Source: Callorhinchus milii
Lineage: Eukaryota
NCBI RefSeq assembly: GCF_018977255.1
Contig: NW_024705512.1
Span: 1-38,192 of the forward strand
DNA: 38,192 bases
Direction of reading: 5' to 3'
Position 1 is the stretch's first letter. Each line of letters opens with the position of its first letter. A program made the translations under genes and the position numbers. Shown one piece after another: positions 28,701-38,192 of the stretch. Below the pieces are notes generated by a model. That model saw only the letters and a program-made list of their open reading frames with translations, did no database searches and was not told where the DNA came from.

Positions 28701-31481
28701 CTAGCCATCAAATTACGGACGCAGGCGGTGTTTTAATGGCTAGACGTGCGCCCGACTAGTCAGGGTCAAGGCCCTTTCGTCGTCTACAGAGTATTCAACT
28801 GCCGTCAAAGTGGCGCACTCAGACCCAGCCGGGCAGTCAGCTCAACCGTTCGTCGGTGAGCGTAAGACTACGGACAGTCCTGCAACGTGGCCACACAAAT
28901 AAGGTCGGAATGTCGTCCATAGCGGCCATTACATTAACGGCACAAGTCTAACAATGCGTATGCAGTGGGGATATCGTCACTCTGGACGATGTGTCTATCC
29001 GTCGTGAGCACACCATACACCGGTTAGTTTAAGGAAATATAATACAATGTTGTGAGCACGGAACGGGGCCCTAGACGCGCGCTATTCCAGAACACAGAGC
29101 AAGAATTCCTAGCTTCCTGATCGAACGTACGCAGAATACTTCTGCCGCCGCCGAAACCTATGTCGAGCGCACCACTCCTCCAATACAGTACTCTCGCATA
29201 GCGCCGCCAATGACTCTACGCTCAAACCTTTTTCTGTCCCCTTCATAACCCGAGAGGTACAATTGGGCGGGGCATAATCACGACAAGGCATCACCACTGC
29301 GTCAGGGCCGATCTTGTGATTTTATGTGTTGACCTACACGGGCCTTCGCGGCGCTGTTTCGATAACAGGGCTTTCTGTATTCAAGCCCCTCCACGACCTT
29401 TGTAGAAATTGGTAGGATGACTTGGTGATTACAACCACGTGGCAGCATTTTTACCGGTCTCGAGAAGTACCTGCGGTACGTCCCAGACTTGGGTAATGCT
29501 CTCCAGATTTAATTGACTACTCCACGTCTATCTAAGAGATTCCCTTGGGGATGTCATGCGCTTGATAGTAACAGATGCCAGGAACGAACCATATGGCGTG
29601 GCGTGCTTACTGCTTACTTTTGTTGTCGACAACAATACCCTGCCAGCTCAGATTGTGCGCAACATGCCTTCGTTTAACAAGAAGTAATCTTACTTCAGAC
29701 AGTGGCGGCCTCGTCTATAATAAATCCTATCTAACGAATCTTGGGAAGCGGGTAACCGATAGAATCGCACTCTATAAGCTATTATTATGCTTATTACTTG
29801 AGGGGTAGTTCTTTCGACTTTGTTGGAATTTGGCTAAAGCGAGTAGACTCGGATAAATGGAGGCTGGCAGCGGGATGTCTAGTCGATTGAGCTTATAGTA
29901 AGCCTCCATCTGCTTGATGCCTTCCCAGCCAATACCGACCATCCATACCGTTCTGGTAGTTAGCCGCGTTCGCTGGCACCTATAGTAGAGCTGGCATCGA
30001 TATCTCGGACGGGAGGCCTGTATAGCCACTTCTCGACTCTTCACGAGCACATAGTTACGTATCCTATTGGTTAACCCGATAGGCACCAGACTATTACTTC
30101 TCAGGAAGCCCACGCCGACTATTTCCGTCACTTAACACACGGGGCCATAATCAAAACACAATGTACGCACCGCCACACCAACGAATCAGTGGCACAGCGT
30201 GGAGCGCGGCCGCGTGCATAATTACAGCCCATTAAACGGCTGCAAAAGTTACATAGTCTAGAATATGTTCGCCAGTACAGCCTGCCTGAAAAACACTGTC
30301 CTTGCAGGGATCAAGGACAGTACTGCGCTAAGCGGGCGGGTGGTTCAGTGTTGTGGCTCGATGCGTCGTGATGGGCCTCTCGAAGGTCATGCAAGTCAGC
30401 ACTATAGCGGATTGCACTGCCACTTGAGCGAATCAGCTAAGTAATTATATTCACGATCATCATACCCACAGACGGAATTAGCGAACGAAGAATGTGACGC
30501 TTCGGACACAGGAACTTAGAGAGTTTTAATGGGTTAACCAAAATTAGCGTCACATTGCAGGACGTGCATGATCCTTGGCTGCACCGCTATAGACCGACTG
30601 GCCCATAATGCTCCGCGGGCCACCATCTTCCCGAGGTTCGGAGATTTGAATGTCGCATTATGTCTCGAAGGGGGAATCATAACGTTCCAAATTTCATGAT
30701 TTTCAATCCCGTATAGCTCCGGGATGAGCGACGGGGGGTTAAACTGCTTGTGCGGTTAGCGCAAACTGACACAAAATACATCTAATACCTGGATTAGGCC
30801 TTCTGAACCACCCCAGATTTTTGGGTCCCTCTCGCTACGCGCTACGTTGTCCCCTACCCCTTACCAGAGCTGAAATGATTGTGGTGTGGCTTACGACTAC
30901 GGGCGGTTCTTGTATATTGGATTTTCTATGATCCAATCATGCGTCCGCGCTGTTAATCTATCCGGGTTCGATTCAATGGGTAGAATAGGAGGGGGATGTA
31001 TATAGCAACCGCGAACTCCCACCTGCACTTTGAACCAAACGCAGATCGAGCTCCAAGAAATATACTGGTATGAGACTCTAAAGCATGACTTTGTCACCAC
31101 TTTGGGTAGGTAAACCGTCGTAAATACCATGATGGCACGTGGTACTGTCCGCTGTCTTTACAGGTGTTCCTGAAGAGTGGCAGGGGCACGTCAAGAATAT
31201 TACAGAGGGGTGGTGCGTGAGTACACGGCTGGAAAAACCCTAAGCTTCAAGTGTTATAGTCGCACGGCTATGTCTTACTGGATCTGTCTCGTTAGAAATC
31301 AGATCTAAAAGGGGCGCAGTATTGGAAACGGGCTCGTGACCCGAAGATAGCCGCCTCGCGACGGCCACATAGAATCTTCTCTGTACCTTCGTAAGCAATG
31401 ATTGGCCCGCTTTCCTCCACGTCTTGTTTGCGTCCCGCATTGTAAGGATGCGGAGAAGGGAGGCTTCATTCTAATAACAAG
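25714..31481. other. Featureless, random-like sequence block (possible artefact or filler)
   Basis: Roughly even base use, abundant CpG and TpA, no microsatellites or local repeat families, longest ORF 130 aa with nothing recognisable. Confidence 0.7.
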
Positions 31482-31588
31482 ACCGTCCACGCCGTCGTCA
31501 GGACGTACCTGCGGTGAGAGAGACGCCAGCTGACGTCACCGTCCACGCCGTCGTCAGGACGTACCCTGCTGTGAGAGAGACGCCAGCC
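31482..31588 (+). repeat. Two copies of a ~56-57 bp unit ACCGTCCACGCCGTCGTCAGGACGTAC...GAGAGACGCCAGC
   Basis: Direct repeat at 31482 and 31538. Confidence 0.9.
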
Positions 31589-31735
31589 GGTAGCGGCGGC
31601 GGCGGCGTCTACGCCGCGGGCTGCCAAGCGGTGCCCTGGCTGAGCTCCGCTTGCCCAGACGGCATTTGGCATCCGCTGGGAATCACGTCGAGATGGCCGA
31701 CGGATTGTTTGTCCATCTGCTTCGTTTCAAAAGAC

Positions 31736-32502
31736 CCCACCACCACCATCACCATCACCACCACCATCACCACCATCACCACCACCACATCACCCCATCA
31801 CCCACCACCACACCCACCATCAACCACCCACCATCCCCATACCACCACCATCACCACCCACATCACCACCATCACCACCACCATCACCATCACCACATCC
31901 ACCACCATCACACCACCACCACCATCACCACCACCATCACCACCATCACCACACACCACATCACCACCACCACCATCACCACCACCCCCACCACCATCAC
32001 CACCATCATCACCACCACCACCACCACCATCACCCACCACCATCACCACCATCCCACACACCACCATCACCACCATCACCACCACATCACCACCATCACA
32101 CCACACCCATCACACAATCACCACCACCACCATCACCCACCCACCACCATCCCACCCCACCATCACCACCACACCCACCCCCACCACCCATCACCACCAC
32201 CACCACCACCCCACACCACCACCACCCACCATCACCCCACACCACATCACCACATCCCACCATCCACCCACCATCACCCACCACATCCACTCACCACCAC
32301 CATCACCACCACCCACCATCACCCACCACACCATCACCACATCCACCACCATCACCACCCAACCCCACCACCATCACTATCACCACCCCCACCACACCAC
32401 CACTCACCCCCCACCACCCACCCCCACCCCCATCACATCCTCACCCCACCATCCACCCATCACCCATCACCACCACCCACCCCTCACCATCCCACCACCA
32501 TC
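31736..32502. repeat. (CAC/CAT)n low-complexity microsatellite
   Basis: Direct reading; it explains the poly-H/T/P ORFs. Confidence 0.97.
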
Positions 32503-32550
32503 CGTGTTGAGTTTTTCTATCTGGAAGTTGATACTGAAATGTTATGACTA

Positions 32551-32782
32551 TGAGACATCTCCTTTACCAGTGGCAAAAGATAGTGGAAGGTTTTTACCCT
32601 TTCAACTGGTACACAACTACACCTTTATACAAGGCATCATGTTTGCAATAACCACGACACAAGCAGTTGTTTCTTTTTGTTTGCATTTTGGACTGCTTGT
32701 GTTGTGGTTATTGCAAACATGATGCTTGTATAAAGGTGTTAGTTGTTTGTACCAGTTGAAAGGGTAAAACCCATCACTATGT
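32551..32782. mobile_element. Foldback/MITE-like palindrome of the 11248-11585 family
   Basis: Arms of about 85-90 bp (TTTTACCCTTTCAACTGGTACA...ACAAGCAG / CTGCTTGT...TGTACCAGTTGAAAGGGTAAAA). Confidence 0.8.
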
Positions 32783-32854
32783 TATCAACTATGTAAAAGG
32801 TGGCAGATTTTGTTGTTGTACAGATTGGATGTCAGAATAGCCTCGGTCAAATAT

Positions 32855-32918
32855 GATCGAACCGGGTCGGCGGGTTCATAGGCAGCGTAGCGCTAACCGC
32901 TACCCCACCGGCTCCCCA
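32855..32918 (-). mobile_element. tRNA-SINE head fragment
   Basis: GATCGAACCGGGTCGGCGGGTTCATAG...GCGTAGCGCTAACCGCTAC duplicates 33165-33228. Confidence 0.8.
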
Positions 32919-32925
32919 CCCACAC

Positions 32926-33228
32926 ACAAAGATAAAGATCCCCCGTGTAGCCTTAACAGACTGTAGAGGCAAGTGCTGTTAGCGAGCACCTATGAAGGCC
33001 GGAACGGCACACGAGGGGTGGGTGGCCAGCACCACGCCCGACCGCCTTTGTCTCCCCAGTGGTGATGTTTACACACCGCACCAGGTACTCATTTGAGGCT
33101 GAGTCGACCTAGGGAGGCCCTGGACCGGTTCAGATAATCGTCACCGGTGTTGGCCGTGAGCGGGGATCGAACCCGGGTCGCCGGGTTCATAGCGCAGCGT
33201 AGCGCTAACCGCTACACCACCGCTCCCC
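32926..33228 (-). mobile_element. tRNA-derived SINE, near full length
   Basis: Minus: GTGGTGTAGCGGTTAGCGC (A-box), GGTTCGATCCC (B-box); body shared with 7744-8024. Confidence 0.9.
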
Positions 33229-33362
33229 ACACACGTACACACGTACACACACGTGTGTGTGTGTGTGTGCCTTGTGCGTGAGTGCTCACAGAGGGTGGGA
33301 ATTGAGACGAGAAAGCAGTGATGGGTCCAATAATTTGGTGACTCGATTTTTGGATTCTCCAG

Positions 33363-33458
33363 CGAAGCCTGAGAGCCGCCATTGCATCGGGTGACGATTC
33401 AAGTGAAGACGAAGACAACGAGAAGAAAATAAGAATTTTATTGCAACAAAAACAATGA
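33363..33458 (+). CDS. Putative terminal exon of the COP1-like gene (RSLRAAIASGDDSSEDEDNEKKIRILLQQKQ*)
   Basis: ttttggattctccAG acceptor, phase 0 open frame to TGA, protein-like acidic patch. Confidence 0.45.
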   Translation, partial: RSLRAAIASGDDSSEDEDNEKKIRILLQQKQ

Positions 33459-34319
33459 CAGCCACCCAGTGCTGCTGTTTTGTTGTTGAAAAATACTCCC
33501 AGCACAGCAACGATGAAGTTGCCATCTCAAGTTGCGTTTGTTTTATCTTTTGAATATTTTTTGTATATCACAACATTGAGTCTATATATATATGATTCCT
33601 CTAAGCTAAATTGTTCATTCCCAACTACCCGGCAGTTAGCGTGGAGTCAGCTTGTCGCTGCCCGAGTGTGGATTATGCCCGTGGCGGGAGCGGTGATTAT
33701 GTCGCTTGGCAATTCTGTTCTGAGCGGTTTTTGTTTTGTTTGATCCCAAACGGATCGCAACCCGGGAGGACCTCTTTGACACGCTGTGATGTCAGTCTTG
33801 CTGAAGTTAACGAATGGACATTTGGTGGTGGGATGTTGAGCAAGATGTGACCTTGCAATCATCACCGACTCACCACATCGACAGAGCCCTTCACCATCGA
33901 CTCGAAATAGTCCGGGTGTAACGTTGGCATCAAATCGTTGTGCGGTGGCCTCGGTGGCAAATGCTTTGTCGCTGCTTCGTGCAGTCTTCAGTTACACTGG
34001 TAGGAACCTCCTGGTTACACCAGCCCACAGGGGATTATTGTGTCCGTTGTGCAGGGAGGGGCTGGGTGGGGAGGGTGGGTGGGGAGGGGCTGGTCACCCC
34101 GTGGTGCCCTTATAAAACTCAACGTTTAATCTACTCACGCCGGCTTGTGCCCGCCCTCACAGTCGGGCATATTTGCGGAATACACCACGCCGCCGTTGAC
34201 CCTGCAGGCCATTGACCGAGCATCCCAGCGTTCCTACCAGCTCCCTCCGCAGGAATGTGTTTTGAATGATAACAGCAAGACTTGTCATTGTTTTGTTCAA
34301 GGGCCAGAGATTTGATTTA

Positions 34320-35040
34320 GGTTTGAAGCTTTCGTGACTGCTGAAATTACACTTGTTGTTTTTTTCCGGTAAAGTCTCACGTGTATTAATACAATAAAAA
34401 TCTCTACGTGCTGTGTGCGTGGTGTCCCCCTGCGTGTTTCCTCGCTGTGCGTTTCACCCCATTTCCACCTGACGATGGGCGCTTGTGTTGTGGTACAAAC
34501 GTCGTGATTTATTTGAATTTTGTTTATTTAAAGTTGATTTTATTTCTGCACACGTGACTTTACCGAAAAACCACCAATGAGTACAGATTACTCTTTGGTT
34601 CTTTCGGTAAAGTGACGTATAAAGATAAAATAATAAATTAAATAATTGCATACGACATTTCGATTGCAACACAAGCAATCGTCATCAGGTATAAAAGAAA
34701 TAGCAACAAAAAATCTAACCAGAAAACTATAGACAGACATATAAGCAGACAGATATCACCAAGATACACAGAGAGAGAGAGCAACACAGCACAGAGAGGG
34801 AGATCGTCTCTGTGGCGAGGCCTTAAATAGACAGAGGGGGGGCGGAGAGAGGGAGGGGTTAGAGACAAAACATTTACATGTCAATGAGTACGGCGACGCG
34901 TGGTAGTAAAGTACTTTAATTTATTATTTTATCTTTATACGTGACTTTACCGAAAGAACCAAAGAGTAATTCCTGCAGTCACGAAAGCTCTAAAATTAAG
35001 ATTGAGTGCAGATTCTTAGGTTTTTTCGGCAAAGTCACCA
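34320..35040. mobile_element. Cluster of alternating-orientation Penelope-like modules
   Basis: ACGTGACTTTACCGAAA module on -, +, -, +, - strands at ~34325, 34461, 34584, 34905, 35012. Confidence 0.7.
34649..34693 (-). ncRNA. Minimal type I hammerhead ribozyme motif
   Basis: Minus: ATAC-CTGATGA-C-GATTGC(TTGTGTT)GCAATC-GAAA-TGTC-GTAT: perfect 6-bp stem II, 4-bp stem I, GUC site. Confidence 0.8.
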
Positions 35041-38000
35041 TCGGGCCGCTCGCCGAGATGCTGGTGCTGGTGACAACACCCTCCGCCGACCATCGGGTGA
35101 GGTAATGCTAACCCCCCACCCGGAGTTGGCAAAACGGTACGGGGTGGTGGGTTCAGCCACGTTGGTAAACGCGGATGGGTGCCGATTGTTTATGCGGATG
35201 TTTCACCCTCACAGTACCCCGGCGATACTGCCACCGTGCACCCCCTGCACGCACGCCACTCTGACGACTCGGTGTTCGGTGACCAGGACCTGGCCTGGCG
35301 AGTCGGCCCGACTCCCCGAGCCGAGGTTGTTCCCCTGCCCGACGCGTTACACGTACCTTGGGCAGATTTACCTAAGGGAGAGGCCGATCGGTTGCAGGAG
35401 TATGCCGACGTGTTCAGCGAACACGACTCGGACGTGGGTCGGACCGATCTCGTTAAGCACCAAATTGACACCGGTGCAGCCCGACCCATCAAACTCCCTG
35501 CGTACCGAGTGGGCGCACCCGAACGCACCCAGATCAAAGAGGCGGTTGGGGACATGCTTCGCGATAACATAATTCAGCCCTCGGCGAGCCCCTGGTCAGC
35601 CCCGGTGGTACTAGTAACGAAAAAGGATGGGTCAACCCGGTTCTGCGTCGATTACCGTAAACTGAACGCAGTCACGCTCGGCGACGCCTTCCCCATACCC
35701 CGCATCGACGACACCTTTGACAGCCTCGCCGGAGCGGTATTTTTCCACCCTCGATCTCGCGTCCGGGTACTGGCAGGTGGAGATGGCGGAGGAGGATCGG
35801 CCAAAAACCGCATTCACCACCCCGATGGGACTATTCGAGTTTCGAGTACTCCCGTTCGGACTCACCAACGCGCCCGCGACGTTCCAGCGGCTGATGGAGT
35901 TGGTGATGCGGGGCTTGCAATGGGAACAGTGCCTGATTTACTTGGACGATGTGATAGTGTTCAGTAGATCTTTGTCTGAGCATTGGTCCAGGCTTCGAGA
36001 GGTGTTCCAGCGACTGCGAGCGGCTCATCTCAAGCTCAAGCCACGTAAGTGTTACATCGCACAACGCGAGGTGGGGTACCTCGGGCATCGCGTCAGCGAG
36101 GCAGGCGTGCGCACCGATCCGGAGAAGGTACGCGCCGTAGTGGAGTGGCCACGGCCAAGGAATCTGACGGAGATCAGATCATTTTTGGGGCTCGCCACCT
36201 ATTATCGTCGATTTGTAAAGGGATTCAGCGAGATTGCACGCCCCCTCACCCAACTCACCTCCCCTAAGCACCCCTATCAGTGGACGGGGGCCTGCCAGAC
36301 GGCCTTCACCACTCTCAAAGACCACCTCACCCACGCCCCCACCCTCGCTTTCCCCGATTTTACCACCGATTTTATTTTGGACACCGACGCCTGCAGCAGC
36401 GGGCTGGGCGCGGTGTTGTCACAGGTACAGGATGGGACGGAACGAGTCATCGCGTACGCCAGCCGGACCTTGAGTGGGGCCGAGCTGAACTATTGCGTGA
36501 CCCGCCAAGAGTTGTACGCCGTGATTTTCGCATGCAAACAGTTCCGGCCGTATTTGTACGGCAGGAGATGTCGCGTACGCACTGACCATTATGCTCTGCA
36601 GTTCTTCTTACATTCAAGGAGCCGCGGGGGCAGATGGCCCGGTGGTTGGCGCAGTTGCAGGAGTACAACCTGCAAATCGAGTATCGGGCTGGCCGGACGC
36701 ATGCAAACGCGGACGCCTTGTCGAGGCGGCCCACGGTGTACGCCGAGACAAGGGCGGAGGAGGCCTGCCCGTGTTTCACGGGGGGACGCTGCCGGCAGGC
36801 AACGGACCCCCGAGAGGCCGCGGCCACTGACCCCCCCCCAGCGAGAGAGAGTGCAGTGTGCGCCACAGAGACCCTCACAGGTGGCACCGAGGATCCCGTC
36901 GACCGCCCGGCAAGCGCGGGACCCGCGGCTCGGGACCCGATCGGACGGATCCAGGAGGACGTCGGCTGCGCCTTCCCGGGCCTAAACGACGAGCAGCTGA
37001 GACAGACCCAGCAGCGAGATCCGGATCTGGCGGCAGTGGAGGCGGCACTGCGGGAGGAAAAGAGCGCCCTACCAGGACCCTGGAGCGGTTTGTATGCCCG
37101 GTTGTGTGTGCAGAACGGAGTGGTACGGGAGTTAACCGAGGCCGGCCAGCCGGGGTGCATCTGTGTTCCTGCCCAGGTGCGACCCCAGCTGCTACGGCTG
37201 GTGCATGACCACCCACTCGGGGGCCATGACGGGGAACGACGCACTCGAGAGACCCTGCGTCGCCAGTATCTCTGGCCCAAATTGGCACAAGACGTGGCGG
37301 CCTGGGTACAGGGCTGCCGCGCCTGTCAGCAGTGCGGGCCGAAACCGGCACGATACCAGGTACCCCTAAGGCCGTTCCGCGTCAGCCGCACGAATCAGCT
37401 GGTCGGGATCGACCTACAGGGGCCATTCCCACGATCCCATCGAGGCAACCGGTATATCCTAGTCGCAGTAGAGTATTTCACCCGCTACCCCGTGGCAGTG
37501 GCCATCCCTGATAAAACGGCCTTGGTGGTGGCCCGGGCATTCGTGGAACATTACGTACTTAAGCACGGGATCCCAGAACGAGTCCTCACCGACCAGGGTA
37601 GCGAGTTCGAGGCCGAGTTGTTCCAGGCACTGTGCCGAGAATTCGGAATCCAGAAGGACCGAACCACAGCGTACCACCCCCAGGCGAACGGTATGGTGGA
37701 GCGCATGAATCAGACCTAGCGGGGAAGCTCAAACGTATGGCGGCCGCAAATCAACGGGATTGGGACGAACACCTCCCCTACGCCCTGTTCGCCTACACCA
37801 CCACTGTGCACACATCGACGGGACAAACCCCGTTCCTAATGATGTTTGGTTGTGAGTCTCGTTTACCCGCAGATCTGCTGTTCGGCGTTCCCCCACCCCA
37901 AACGGAGGAAGGGAGCCGCCCCGTCGAGCACCTGATGGAGACCCTACGAGGGTCCGGGGCCGGCCTACCCGCACGGGGAGGCTGCGCATCGGCGACAGGA

Positions 38001-38192
38001 GCAGAGCACCCGCCCCGCATGGAGCCCCCCTCTTCTCGACAGGCGAAAAGGTATGGCTACACACTCCTCGCGTCGGGACCGGACAGGTGGGGAAGCTGAC
38101 GACCTACTGGCGGGGACCGTGGACCGTGGTGCGGCAAATCTCCCCCTGGACGGTATTGATCCAATGTGGAGAGAGAGGACGCGAAACGGTGG
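35041..38192 (+). pseudogene. pol: Ty3/Gypsy pol (RT-RNase H-integrase), 5'-truncated, frameshifted, runs off the window
   Basis: SPWSAPVVLV, RFCVDYRKLN, LDLASGYWQ, YLDD, DTDAC, integrase H-H-C-C, GIDL/TDQG/ERMN (DDE), terminal WRGPW; frame changes near 35740, 36605, 37715 and ~37960. Confidence 0.95.

Noticed and set aside
25833..31130. Short ORFs (60-130 aa) in the anomalous block
   Set aside because: Length and number are as expected for random sequence, with no recognisable domains
31514..32722. 402-aa and 298-aa Pro/Thr/His-rich ORFs
   Set aside because: Almost entirely (CAC/CAT)n repeat

Overview
Eukaryotic, repeat-rich vertebrate DNA. It is most consistent with a lamprey (inference from GC-rich exons, a V-SINE core, tRNA-SINEs and a lokiretrovirus-like element). 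(1) A + strand spliced gene has five exons encoding a COP1/RFWD2-like C3HC4 RING plus the start of the coiled coil. It then appears to continue into non-COP1 exons, and no WD40 exons are seen. (2) A - strand endogenous retrovirus-like element (15243-25683) has gag, PR-RT, a degenerate RNase H tether and a second intact RNase H. An in-frame deletion joins the start of integrase to an env-like transmembrane C-terminus, and the putative LTR is about 3.7 kb. (3) After a 30-N gap comes about 5.8 kb of featureless, random-looking sequence that may not be biological. (4) A frameshifted Ty3/Gypsy pol runs off the right edge. (5) Small elements include a head-to-tail Helitron pair, two Helentron/HINE-like copies, solo LTRs, SINEs, foldback repeats, micro- and minisatellites, and several Penelope-type minimal hammerhead ribozyme motifs. 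All calls were made by eye and no database search was run.
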